Positions 9,946-19,213 are shown, counted from the first letter of the stretch. The stretch is 64,000 nt of DNA from an uncultured Acidobacteriota bacterium (GCA_964430745.1 CAYSHI010000304.1:5180-69179); one strand, 5' to 3'. Numbers and translations: made by a program. The notes: a model not told the origin generated them from the sequence alone.

Positions 9946-12288
9946 ATGGCGAAACGAACCGAAATCCCTGGTGTGCGACCCGGGCAGCCGCGCGACAGCG
10001 AATCCGTCCGCGAGCGCCTCGAGGTCGAGAACCCCCGTCTGCGAAAGGCTGCCGAAGCGGAACGAGCAGAAACCGTCGAGCGCTGGGCCCAGGATGCCGC
10101 ACAACCGCGCGAGTGGTCGTGGCCGAGCGAGCGTCGCCTCATCGGGCAGCGGATTCCGCGGCTCGATGGAGCGTGGAAGGCGACCGGCAGGGCGATCTAT
10201 TCGTACGACATCAACCGGCCCCGTATGTGCTACGGCAAGATGCTCCGTTCCCCGCACGGCCGGGCGAGCGTCGTCTCGATCGAGACCTCAGCGGCCGAGG
10301 CCGCGCCCGGCGTCGTCGCCGTCGAGACAATCGCCGAACCCGGAGCGACGCTTCGCTATCACGGCGACCCGATCGCGGCGGTGGCGGCAGAGACCGAAGA
10401 GCAGGCCCGCGATGCGTGCCGCATGATCGAGATCCGCTACGACCTCCTACCGCACGTGGTCACCGAGGAGGACGCGATGCTGCCCCGCGCGCCGCAGGTG
10501 CACGAGGACGGCAACATCCGGCTCGGCACCGCCCGAGAAGAGGGAGACATCGGCGCCGGCCTGGACGGCGCCGACGTGACCTTCGAAGGCGTGTTCCGCA
10601 CGCAGGTGCAGACCCACAGCTCACTCGAGACACACGGTGTCGTGGCCGAGTGGAACGGCGATCACCTGACGGTTTGGGCCTCGACTCAGGGGGTGCACGC
10701 CGTCAAGGACGGGTTGACCGGCTACTTCGAGATCCCCGCCACACAGGTGCATGTTCAGACCCCGGTGATGGGCGGCGGTTTCGGCTCGAAGCTCGGCTCC
10801 GGCATCGAGGATGCAATGGCTGCGGTGCTCGCTCGCCAGTCCGGCCGACCCGTGAAGATGCTGCTGGAACGGGACGAGGAGCACCTCGATACCGGTAACC
10901 GACCCTCCGCGGTCGCCCGCGTCCGCGCCGGCGTCTCCGCCGACGGGCGACTGACGGGATTCGAGGCCACCAGCTACGGCACCGGCGGGATCACCAGCGG
11001 CGCCAACTTCCCGTTGCCCTACATCTACTCGGTGCCGAACTCGCGCACCCAGGGATCCGCCATCTACATCAACGCGGGCAACCAGCGTGCCATGCGCGCC
11101 CCGGGGCACCCGCAGGGATCGTTCATCATGGAAGCGGTGATGGACGAGCTCGCCGCTCTCGTGAGCATGGATCCCGTGGAGTTCCGCAAGCTCAACGTGC
11201 CGACGGATTCGCTCTGGAGCGATCAGCTCGACCTCGGCGCCGAAGCGATCGGCTGGAGTGACAACTGGCATCCACCGGGGGACCCGACTCCGGGACCGAT
11301 CAAGAAGGGGCTGGGCTGCGCGATCTCGACCTGGGGCAGCGGCGGCGGTCGCACCCAGGCGTTCTGCCGCATCCATCCCGACGGCTCCGTGGAGATGAAC
11401 ACCGGCACCCAGGACATCGGCACGGGCACCCGCACCATCGTGGCGATCGTTACCGCCGAGATCCTCGGCTTGGAGGTCGAGGACATCACCGTCGGTATCG
11501 GCAACTCAGACTTCCCGTATTCCGGTTCCTCCGGCGGCTCTACGACGATCCCCTCGGTGTGCCCGGCCGTCCGCGTCACAGCGGGACTGGCGCTCGAAGC
11601 GCTGTTCGGTCGCATTGCCCCGGCGCTCGGCGCCAGTGCGGATCAGCTCGAGGCCCGCGTCGGCGGGATCGGCATCGTCGGCGACACGTCGACCTCCTGG
11701 AGCTGGAGGGAAGCCTGCTCGCGTCTCGGCACTGAACCGGTCTCCGTCGACGGCCAGTGGCAACCCGGCCTCTCGGCGCGCGGCGTGAACGGCGCACAGT
11801 TCGCCGCCGTTTCCGTCGATATCGAAACCGGCGTGGTTACCGTCGACAAGCTCGTTGCGCACCACGATTGCGGCATGGTCGTCGACGAGCTCACCGCGGA
11901 AAGCCAGGTCAACGGCGGCTTGATTATGGGACTGAGCTACGCGCTCTTCGAGGAGCGCATCATGGATCGACCGACCGGTCGCATGGTCAATCCCAACCTC
12001 GAGACCTACCACATCGCCGGCCCCTCGGACATGCCGGAGTTCGACGTCAACATGATGGATGTGCCCGACCGCGGCGTGCTCGGGCTCGGCGAACCCCCGA
12101 CGATCCCGACGGCCGCGGCCATCGCCAACGCGGTCGCGAACGCCATCGGGGTGCGCGTGCACTCGTTACCGATAACGCCCGAGAAGGTCGTAGCGGCGCT
12201 CGAAGAGGGCCCCGAGGCGACACTACAGGGAACTCGTTTCGATCTTCTCGACGCGGCCATCGCTGCAGAAGGGAGTGAAGGCCGATGA
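9946..12288 (+). CDS. molybdenum hydroxylase large subunit (molybdopterin-binding, aldehyde oxidase/xanthine dehydrogenase family)
   Basis: 780 aa; ATG at 9946 just after small-subunit stop; a/b hammerhead then Moco-binding domains (GGGFGSK, QGSAI..NAG..RAPG); the track ORF 9604.. is an N-terminal extension. Confidence 0.85.
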   Translation: MAKRTEIPGVRPGQPRDSESVRERLEVENPRLRKAAEAERAETVERWAQDAAQPREWSWPSERRLIGQRIPRLDGAWKATGRAIYSYDINRPRMCYGKMLRSPHGRASVVSIETSAAEAAPGVVAVETIAEPGATLRYHGDPIAAVAAETEEQARDACRMIEIRYDLLPHVVTEEDAMLPRAPQVHEDGNIRLGTAREEGDIGAGLDGADVTFEGVFRTQVQTHSSLETHGVVAEWNGDHLTVWASTQGVHAVKDGLTGYFEIPATQVHVQTPVMGGGFGSKLGSGIEDAMAAVLARQSGRPVKMLLERDEEHLDTGNRPSAVARVRAGVSADGRLTGFEATSYGTGGITSGANFPLPYIYSVPNSRTQGSAIYINAGNQRAMRAPGHPQGSFIMEAVMDELAALVSMDPVEFRKLNVPTDSLWSDQLDLGAEAIGWSDNWHPPGDPTPGPIKKGLGCAISTWGSGGGRTQAFCRIHPDGSVEMNTGTQDIGTGTRTIVAIVTAEILGLEVEDITVGIGNSDFPYSGSSGGSTTIPSVCPAVRVTAGLALEALFGRIAPALGASADQLEARVGGIGIVGDTSTSWSWREACSRLGTEPVSVDGQWQPGLSARGVNGAQFAAVSVDIETGVVTVDKLVAHHDCGMVVDELTAESQVNGGLIMGLSYALFEERIMDRPTGRMVNPNLETYHIAGPSDMPEFDVNMMDVPDRGVLGLGEPPTIPTAAAIANAVANAIGVRVHSLPITPEKVVAALEEGPEATLQGTRFDLLDAAIAAEGSEGR

Positions 12289-13295
12289 AAGCCTTCGAAT
12301 ACGTTGCTCCGACCAGCGTCGAAGGGGCGGTGAATCGTCTCGAAGAGCGGGCGGGTGAGTCGCAGCCGCTCGCCGGCGGCATGGACATCATCGGACTGAT
12401 GAAAGACTACGTGCTGCAGCCCGAGCGCATCGTCGCGCTGCGCGACGTCGGCGACTTGCGTGGCATCGAACCAACGGCGGACGGCGGACTACGCATCGGC
12501 GCCATGGTGACGGTGGCTGAGATCGCCGCCGACGAGCGCATCCGGGCGAACTGGCCGGCCCTCGCCGCAGCGGCCGGCGAAGTCGGCACGCCGCAGATCC
12601 GCAACCGCGGCACCATCGGCGGCAACCTCTGCCAGCGCCCGCGCTGCTGGTACTTTCGCTCCGAAGCCTTCACCTGCCTGCGCAAGGGCGGGGCCGCGTG
12701 CTTCGCCGTCGACGGCGACAATCGCTACCACGCCATCTTCGACACCGCCCCCTGCCCCATCGTGCATCCATCGAACTGCGCCATCGCGCTGCAGGCATAC
12801 GGGGCCGGCGTCACCGTTGCGGGGCCCGGCACCGCCGACGAGCCGGTCAGGCTCGAGAGCATGTCGATGGCCGACTTCTTCGTCCGCCCGGCGCGCAACA
12901 TCCGCCGCGAGAACGTGCTGACCGAAGATCAGATCGTCACCTCGATCGAGCTACCCGCGGCCGGCGGCGTGTCCGCTACGTACACCATCAAGCACAAGCA
13001 ATCGCACGACTGGCCGCAAGCGATGGCGACGGCGGTTCTCGAAATGGACGGCACCACCGTGACCTCCGCCAGCATCGTGATGGGCGCGGTGGCGCCGATT
13101 CCGTGGCGCTCGGACGCGGCGGAGCAGTCGATCACCGGCCAGACTGTCTCGGTGACCACCGCCGAGGCAGCCGCCGACGCGGCGGTCGCAGACGCCGAAC
13201 CACTCGACCACAACGCCTACAAGGTGCGGCTCGCTCGCACCGCGGTGAAGCGCGCCATCCTCGAGGCCGCCGGCATCGACTGGGCCACCGGGTAA
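12285..13295 (+). CDS. molybdenum hydroxylase FAD-binding medium subunit
   Basis: 336 aa; ATGA overlap with large subunit; FAD-binding PCMH motifs AGGMDIIGLMK and RNRGTIGGNLCQ (CoxM/PaoB/XdhB-like). Confidence 0.85.
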   Translation: MKAFEYVAPTSVEGAVNRLEERAGESQPLAGGMDIIGLMKDYVLQPERIVALRDVGDLRGIEPTADGGLRIGAMVTVAEIAADERIRANWPALAAAAGEVGTPQIRNRGTIGGNLCQRPRCWYFRSEAFTCLRKGGAACFAVDGDNRYHAIFDTAPCPIVHPSNCAIALQAYGAGVTVAGPGTADEPVRLESMSMADFFVRPARNIRRENVLTEDQIVTSIELPAAGGVSATYTIKHKQSHDWPQAMATAVLEMDGTTVTSASIVMGAVAPIPWRSDAAEQSITGQTVSVTTAEAAADAAVADAEPLDHNAYKVRLARTAVKRAILEAAGIDWATG

Positions 13296-13305
13296 GCAGG
13301 AGGCA

Positions 13306-13533
13306 ATGATGAGCGATTCGAATGTCCAGCCCAAGACGGCCGCCTGCCGCTGCTTTCGCACGCGCATGATGTTTCTCCCGGAGCAAGAAGCCGACCCGCA
13401 TACCTACGGCTTCGAGTTATCCGATGTGGGCCATGTCTGGTGCCAGAAGACGCTCCGCGTGATGGGCCCCGATGACGGGTTGGTGGCCGAGGAGAAGTGC
13501 GAGCCGGGAAGGCAGTGCTTCGAGGGCTTCTGA
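13306..13533 (+). CDS. small Cys-rich hypothetical protein (75 aa)
   Basis: Good RBS aggagg 8 bp upstream of ATG; 5 Cys (CRCF...C...C..C); no recognisable family. Confidence 0.4.
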   Translation: MMSDSNVQPKTAACRCFRTRMMFLPEQEADPHTYGFELSDVGHVWCQKTLRVMGPDDGLVAEEKCEPGRQCFEGF

Positions 13534-13616
13534 TTCGACCCCGTTCGGTTCCAGCCGCGTAAATCACGCCCCCGCAGGCTGATTTTGTCAGCCCTGCCCG
13601 ACGCCCGGGGTAGTGT

Positions 13617-13888
13617 TAGTGTGCTGTCTCCAACATAGCTTGACACTTGCAGAGGGAATTGCGGGCGAGATCAAGGAAGGGCGAGGAAGGCGATGCTTCG
13701 GCATCGTCGACGAGCCCTGACGCCGAGATCGCGCGCAATCTCCTCTGCCCGCAGGGTAGCGGCGGGACGGGGCGATTCCTTTGTCGCGGCCCCTCGACGA
13801 TGTTTGAACATCGCCGTCGTCGCCTCTCCGCGGACTCGCCCCGTCGCGCTCGCTACAAGTGTCAAGCTATGTTGGAGACAGCACACTA
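13617..13888. repeat. perfect 33-bp inverted repeat (13617-13649 / 13856-13888) flanking a 206-bp imperfectly palindromic core; MITE-like or cruciform element
   Basis: Left arm tagtgtgctgtctccaacatagcttgacacttg is the exact reverse complement of the right arm. The inner arms are also near-reverse-complementary, each with its own hairpin (gatgcttcggcatc / gatgtttgaacatc). Track ORFs beginning MSSYVGDSTL on both strands are mirror artefacts. Confidence 0.8.
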
Positions 13889-13958
13889 GAGTCGGTTTCT
13901 CGTCGCCCCTTGTCTGTCGAAATCACGATCACGCGGAGTCAAGATGGAGAACGTTACG

Positions 13959-14624
13959 ATGCGGAAAACTGCTGCCTGGACGGTGCTTGTAACCCTGGCG
14001 ATCTCGTCGATCGCGATTGCCGCGCCCACGTCGGACCTCGAAGGAGTCTACGTGGAGGCTCGCTCGGCGCAGGTGTTCATCGGCGGCTGCATCTGGAACT
14101 CCGAAGCCATGACGATAGGGCGCGAGGCGGTCATGGCATGGCGAATCGACAAGGGCTCCATCGAGGGTGTCGACGTCGCCGGTCTTTCGATCGTGGCCGC
14201 GATCGCCGGAGACGAGAACCTGGCGATCAATCCCGAAGCCGCCCGACGCACCGTTCTGTTTGTCGACCACCATGCGAGCAATGCGCAGCAGGAGGCGCTC
14301 GCCGACCGCTACGCGACGGACAACGCTCGCATGTTCGGCCAGGTAATCGAAGTCGTCGCCGTGCCGATCTCCTTCGTGGACACGCCCGAGGGCTATCGGG
14401 TGAACGCCGGCGACCAGGTGGAGCTCGAGGCCAAGGCGCTGCACGTCGATCACAAGGGCCTCAATCAGTGCGGTGAGGCACAGTGGTACGAGCCCTTCGT
14501 CGCGCTGAACGATTCCACTCTGGGCATCGCCGTCGAGCATTCCTATCAGGGCAAGACGCTCAGCACGCGGTGGAGCGACCCCGACAAGCAAAGCGCATTC
14601 TTCGGCCGCTTCGGCTCCTCATAG
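13959..14624 (+). CDS. secreted hypothetical protein
   Basis: Signal peptide MRKTAAWTVLVTLAISSIAIAAP; no recognised motif. Start taken at the second ATG of track ORF 13944. Confidence 0.55.
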   Translation: MRKTAAWTVLVTLAISSIAIAAPTSDLEGVYVEARSAQVFIGGCIWNSEAMTIGREAVMAWRIDKGSIEGVDVAGLSIVAAIAGDENLAINPEAARRTVLFVDHHASNAQQEALADRYATDNARMFGQVIEVVAVPISFVDTPEGYRVNAGDQVELEAKALHVDHKGLNQCGEAQWYEPFVALNDSTLGIAVEHSYQGKTLSTRWSDPDKQSAFFGRFGSS

Positions 14625-14648
14625 ACCTCACACGAACCGACACCAAAC

Positions 14649-15338
14649 ATGCCGATTGCCGCCATCTCGGCCGTCGTCGCGATTCTTCTCTGCGCGCCGG
14701 TCCCCACTCCTTCTCATTCGACGCCGACCCCGGCCGAAGATTACAAGCTCGCGGCCACCGAAAAGGCCCTCCCCGACGGCCTCAATGCCGCCATCTCGGA
14801 GCACGTCCGAACAACCGCTCTGACGGTATCGACGGCGACGGGCGAACCGCTGATGGACCTCTGGTTCGCCGCCGGGCTTCCGGCGGCCGAATCGCCGCCG
14901 GTCGATCCGGGAGTGGCCTACGGCACGCTCAACGAAGGGGTCGTGCTCGCCGTCATGCAGGTCCACAGGGAGCATCGCGACTACCGCGACCAGACCGTGC
15001 CCGCCGGAACGTACGTGGCGCGCTACTTGCGTCAGCCCGACGACGGCAACCACCTCGGTGAGACCACCTACCGCGACTTCGCCGTGCTGGTTCCGGCATC
15101 GGCGCGCACGGCCGGGCCGCAGCGGTTCGACGTGACGCTCGGCCAGGCGCTGCAGCTCAACACGCACCCGCTGGTGTGGGGGCTGTGGCCGGCCGACTTC
15201 GTCACCACGGCGGAGCAACCGGGCATCGGCCCGTTCGACGGCGACAAGTGGGCCGTCAAGCTCACGCTTCCCCGCGAGGATGGCAGCTCGCTACCGCTGG
15301 CCCTCGTCGTCGTGGGCCACGAGCGGCACTACGATTGA
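14649..15338 (+). CDS. secreted hypothetical protein
   Basis: Hydrophobic N-terminus MPIAAISAVVAILLCAPVP (signal or lipoprotein-like); 229 aa; no recognised family; tandem with the previous secreted ORF. Confidence 0.55.
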   Translation: MPIAAISAVVAILLCAPVPTPSHSTPTPAEDYKLAATEKALPDGLNAAISEHVRTTALTVSTATGEPLMDLWFAAGLPAAESPPVDPGVAYGTLNEGVVLAVMQVHREHRDYRDQTVPAGTYVARYLRQPDDGNHLGETTYRDFAVLVPASARTAGPQRFDVTLGQALQLNTHPLVWGLWPADFVTTAEQPGIGPFDGDKWAVKLTLPREDGSSLPLALVVVGHERHYD

Positions 15339-15355
15339 TCGTCCGAAAAGCGGTA

Positions 15356-15697
15356 GTGGATGACCACGAGGTCGCTTACACGCTGTGCCGCGTGCTGCCG
15401 GACACCGCCCTGGTGCTGCGCGACACGCTGCGCGAGGCGGACCGTATCTGGGCCCTTCACCTCGGCGCCGAGCTTCATGCGAAGTTGAAGGAATCCATCG
15501 ACGGCCAGAGCTTTTTCACCGGGCGTGTCCGTCTCGAGCCGGTGCCTCCGGAGCGGGAAATGGTTGGCGTGTGGCTTCCTCTGCCGCCTGATTTTGACAC
15601 CCATGTGCGCCCCCAATTAGTCGACTTTATCGAAGCTTTCGAAGCCGCGAGGGGAATGCGCGAGCCTCCGGAGGGCTGGCCCGGCTGGCACCTCTGA
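15356..15697 (+). CDS. hypothetical protein (possible GTG start); C-terminus encoded by tandem DNA repeat
   Basis: In-frame GTG at 15356 after the upstream stop; ends EPPEGWPGWHL within the first unit of a 33-bp tandem repeat. Weak support. Confidence 0.3.
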   Translation: MDDHEVAYTLCRVLPDTALVLRDTLREADRIWALHLGAELHAKLKESIDGQSFFTGRVRLEPVPPEREMVGVWLPLPPDFDTHVRPQLVDFIEAFEAARGMREPPEGWPGWHL

Positions 15698-15860
15698 GCC
15701 TACCGAGGGCTGGCCCCGGCGGGCACGAACCTCCCGAGGGCTCGCCCCGGCGGGCACCTCTGAGCCTCCCGAGGGTGGCTCCGGTTGGCGCCTCTGTTGC
15801 GAACGAGGCCGGCCCCGCCGGTACCTCGGAGACGCCGGAAGCCGGCCCCGACCGGCGACC
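15664..15860. repeat. tandem direct repeats, about 33-bp unit, at least 4 copies decaying 3'
   Basis: Units gcctccggagggctggcccggctggcacctctga / gcctaccgagggctggccccggcgggcacgaac / ctcccgagggctcgccccggcgggcacctctga / gcctcccgagggtggctccggttggcgcctctg, then degenerate copies. Confidence 0.6.
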
Positions 15861-16049
15861 GCGACCGCGATAACAGCGTGCTTGACACCCCCAAGTGGCG
15901 CACCTATTCTCGGTCTGTTGGAACGCACCCCGATTCTGTATGCTTTTCTCCGACGCCCCTGAGCCGGAGTCCACGGTAGCCGCCGGCGCCGTATCGACGA
16001 GAAAGCGACACATCCGCTGCCGGCCGTAGTTTGACGGGGGCTCGCTCCT

Positions 16050-17273
16050 TTGAAGCCTATGAACTCACTTGAACTGCACCGACAGAACCCTTCCCTCGAA
16101 CTCGCCCCGATCCTCCGCGTCGTCAAGTACATGGGGTTCGATAGCCACGCGCTCTCCGAGACCGAAGTCGAGAAGGTCCTCCACCTGTACCCGCAGTTCG
16201 AACGCGACCCCGAGTTGGTGGTCGGGATCGACGCCGTGTGCCGGTTGGCTGAGCTGGAACCCGATCGACTCGTCGAGATCCTCAGCTTGCATCGTCACGA
16301 GATCCCCTTCCTCGGGACCACGGCCCACCCGATGGTGCCGGCCTCCGCGATCGGCATGATCCGCGCCCTGGCCGATGGAGAAGACCCGCTGGCGTCCCAC
16401 GACGAGCAACTCTTCACGCTCACCGAGATGGCGGAGCGCACCGAGATCAGCCTCGCCAGCCTGTCGAAGTACGTCAAAGAGCAACCCGAGCGCGTTCCGT
16501 CGAAGCTCGTCGGCAAGATGCGCAAGTTCCCCAGCGCGGCGATTCCCGTCTTCCAGCAGATCAAGACCGAGAACCTCGGGCGCCGCGGCAACGGCCGGGA
16601 CCGCGTCGAGCGTCAGAAGGCCGCCGTTTCGCGCCGTTACGCCACCAAGTTCGCCGAGCTCGAGGCGCAACTCGAGGCAGCAGTCGAGGTCTCCAAGGAG
16701 CTCTCGCGGACTCTGAACCGGCTGGCGAACCAGGTCCGTCGGGCCCGGGCCGTCGCGGTGTCGGGCTCGAGGGTACACGAGGAACACCAGCCGAAGCGCG
16801 CGCGTCGTTCCGGTGGGCATCGTCCCGACACGATCGTCGCCGCCTGCAAGAGAGTGCTCGCCGAGGCCGACGGCCCCATGCGCGTTGCCGACATTACGGA
16901 GCGGGTCATAAGCATGGGCACACCGATCAACGCCAAGAATCCGAACGTGACGGTGTCATCGATACTTTCGTCGTACGACGACTTCGGGCGCGTTCGACGC
17001 GGCTATTACGAACTGCTGAAGCGCGACGCGGTCGGCGACACCCCGACGGCGGAGGAAGACCTCGACGCCCGCGCCGTGGCGAATGGCGCCGCGACCAACG
17101 GAGGCCCCGTCTCGTCTCCCGCTGAATCCTCCTCTCCGACAGAGCCCGCCCCGGAGGACGTGCTCGCCGGTCTACAGGCGGCAGCCGACTCCGAGGAGCG
17201 TTCCCACGACGCCGGCGACCGTGGGACGGGAACTCCGAGACTCGACCTCGGACCCTTCGGAGCCGCCGGCTGA
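16050..17273 (+). CDS. hypothetical protein with C-terminal HARE-HTH-like winged-helix domain and acidic/Ser-rich tail
   Basis: 407 aa; C-terminal segment TIVAACKRVLAEADGPMRVADITERVISMGTPINAKNPNVTVSSILSSYDDFGRVRRGYYELL matches the HARE-HTH pattern; upstream of the ECF sigma gene. Confidence 0.5.
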   Translation: MKPMNSLELHRQNPSLELAPILRVVKYMGFDSHALSETEVEKVLHLYPQFERDPELVVGIDAVCRLAELEPDRLVEILSLHRHEIPFLGTTAHPMVPASAIGMIRALADGEDPLASHDEQLFTLTEMAERTEISLASLSKYVKEQPERVPSKLVGKMRKFPSAAIPVFQQIKTENLGRRGNGRDRVERQKAAVSRRYATKFAELEAQLEAAVEVSKELSRTLNRLANQVRRARAVAVSGSRVHEEHQPKRARRSGGHRPDTIVAACKRVLAEADGPMRVADITERVISMGTPINAKNPNVTVSSILSSYDDFGRVRRGYYELLKRDAVGDTPTAEEDLDARAVANGAATNGGPVSSPAESSSPTEPAPEDVLAGLQAAADSEERSHDAGDRGTGTPRLDLGPFGAAG

Positions 17274-17465
17274 GGAGCCACCGAGCGGCCTCCGGCGGCG
17301 CACCGGCACGGCGACAATGGCATTTTGTTCTTGGTGCTGGAGGGCAACCTGTGGCACAAATGAGCACAGATCACCGTCGAGGAGCACGCAGCCAGCCCCA
17401 CCATTCTCCACGGTACGGCAGCCGCTCCGTGCGTCCCGGCCCAAGCTTCTGATGGTGCGAGCATC

Positions 17466-18023
17466 GTGGTAAGAAACCCAGAGGCAAACAAGAAACTGAC
17501 GCGAGCCGACCTGATTGCCGCCGCTGTCGAGCGGAATCGAGATATCTGGGTGCGCATGGCATTGCGCATCACGGCGGATCTGCACGACGCGGAGGACGCG
17601 GTGCAGGAGGCGATCTCCAAGGTCCTGACCGGGCCGGGGACGCTCATCGACGCCGATTCCGCGGGCCGCTATCTGACCCGCAGCGTCAGCCACTGCGCCA
17701 TCGATCGCGTGCGCGCCCGCAGCCGGCTCACCGGCTTTGCCGAAGCCGACGAGTCCGGGCCCCGGCTCGCACCGGTGGGCCCCGAACAGGAGGACCGGCT
17801 GCTGGCCGCCGAACAAACGCTCGTCCGACGTGAACAACTTCAACGCATGCTCGACGAGTTGCAGACCTTACCGAAGCACCAGCGGGAGGCCATCGAGCTT
17901 CTCGTCTTGCGCCAACCGCCGATGAAGTTGCGGGAGGCATCCGAGTACACCGGAGCGCCGATCTCCACGCTGCACAGCCGCCTGCAATCGGCGCTCGACA
18001 GCTTGAGAAAAAACCTATCGTAA
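17466..18023 (+). CDS. ECF-family RNA polymerase sigma factor (sigma-24)
   Basis: 185 aa; region 2 (DAEDAVQEAISKV) and region 4 HTH (REAIELLVLRQPPMKLREASEYTGAPISTLHSRL). Confidence 0.85.
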   Translation: MVRNPEANKKLTRADLIAAAVERNRDIWVRMALRITADLHDAEDAVQEAISKVLTGPGTLIDADSAGRYLTRSVSHCAIDRVRARSRLTGFAEADESGPRLAPVGPEQEDRLLAAEQTLVRREQLQRMLDELQTLPKHQREAIELLVLRQPPMKLREASEYTGAPISTLHSRLQSALDSLRKNLS

Positions 18024-18095
18024 AGACCCGTATGCACCCGTTACTAGGTTGAAGAGGCCGAACCCCCCAAGGCTTCCATACATACGAGAAATGCG

Positions 18096-18908
18096 ATGCT
18101 TTTGAACGCTGAAGAGCTGCTGGCGCTGGTAAACGGGGACACCGAGCCTGATCGGCTGGCCGATTTGCTTGATCGCCTCGAAAACTGCCCGGATAGCGCC
18201 GCTGCTCTCCAGGTTCTCGTGACGCTACGCGCCAACCGCGAAGAGGGCCTCGAGGCGCTCCGAGAGGCCGCGGAAACCGATCCCAAACGACTCATACAGC
18301 ACCCCTCATGGCGTAATCCGGCCAATCCGGCCACACGCTGGGGTATCCAGCCTCTCCGCCTCGCCGCCTCGATCGCGATCGTCGGAATCATGGGCATCCT
18401 GGCAGCCACGTCGTTCTTCGGGGTACTGGGAGACCACGTTTCGGTGGTCTCGCTGGCGACGATCGAGTTCCAGGACAACACGGTGCGCGAAGAGGTCTCG
18501 CCAATCGAGCCCACCGCGAGAATCGGTGATCCCGCGTTCCGGGACGTCTCCGATGCGATTTCCGAACAGCGTTACGAAGATGCTCGTGTACTCCTGAGCG
18601 GGATGTCGCCGGACGATGCCAGCAGGGTCGAGATGTATCGCGGGATGACAGAGTATTTCGCCGGGAACCACGAGGACGCACTCAAATCGTTCGCGAAGGT
18701 CGTCAGCGAAGATGACCCCAACGTGCGCCACCAGGCCTCCTGGTACGAGGCCAACGCCTACCTGGCCCTCAATCGGCCAATGGATGCATTGATCGCTTTC
18801 GAGAGGCTGAGCTCCGCAAAGGGTCTCCCTTTCGACGTGCAGGCCGCAGCGGCATACCGCGACCTCTGTGAGGCGCTGGGAATCAACAGTTCGGTGGGCA
18901 CGAGCTAA
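18096..18908 (+). CDS. putative anti-sigma factor (single TM, C-terminal TPR-like region)
   Basis: Immediately downstream of the ECF sigma gene; cytoplasmic N-terminal helical domain, TM helix IAIVGIMGILAATSFFGVL, periplasmic helical repeats. Confidence 0.5.
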   Translation: MLLNAEELLALVNGDTEPDRLADLLDRLENCPDSAAALQVLVTLRANREEGLEALREAAETDPKRLIQHPSWRNPANPATRWGIQPLRLAASIAIVGIMGILAATSFFGVLGDHVSVVSLATIEFQDNTVREEVSPIEPTARIGDPAFRDVSDAISEQRYEDARVLLSGMSPDDASRVEMYRGMTEYFAGNHEDALKSFAKVVSEDDPNVRHQASWYEANAYLALNRPMDALIAFERLSSAKGLPFDVQAAAAYRDLCEALGINSSVGTS

Positions 18909-19115
18909 GACACACCGCCGGAAGCCCCTGCGCCCGGCACCATGTCTCTACGGCCGTCACGCCTCGAAAGAGAGCGCCTACCCCGTTCCTGCTGGTTCCT
19001 TCCCCGCGCCGAGACCGGTGCATCTCCGCCCCCTCGAATAACGGTGCTGGAACCGAGATGGGCCAGCCGGTGACGAAAAAGCGCTGCCCCTTGGCCCCCG
19101 ACGCCCGTTCCCGCG

Positions 19116-19135
19116 GGTGCCGAAATATCGGCACC
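19116..19135. promoter_or_regulatory. 20-bp palindrome GGTGCCGAAATATCGGCACC, candidate enhancer (UAS) for a sigma54 activator
   Basis: Perfect 8-bp inverted arms with 4-nt spacer, about 120-135 bp upstream of the -24/-12 promoter. This geometry is typical of NtrC-type EBP sites. Confidence 0.4.
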
Positions 19136-19213
19136 TGCCCGCCAAGGTCTTCTCGGGCCGCCGATTTCACGTCATCTCGGCTTCGGCAACCTGCCCGTCG
19201 AATTCGCACAAAC

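Noticed and set aside
13404-14476. ORFs 13404..13646(-) and 13859..14476(+), both starting MSSYVGDSTL
   Set aside because: The identical N-termini are just the two arms of the 33-bp inverted repeat read in mirror. Neither is a gene
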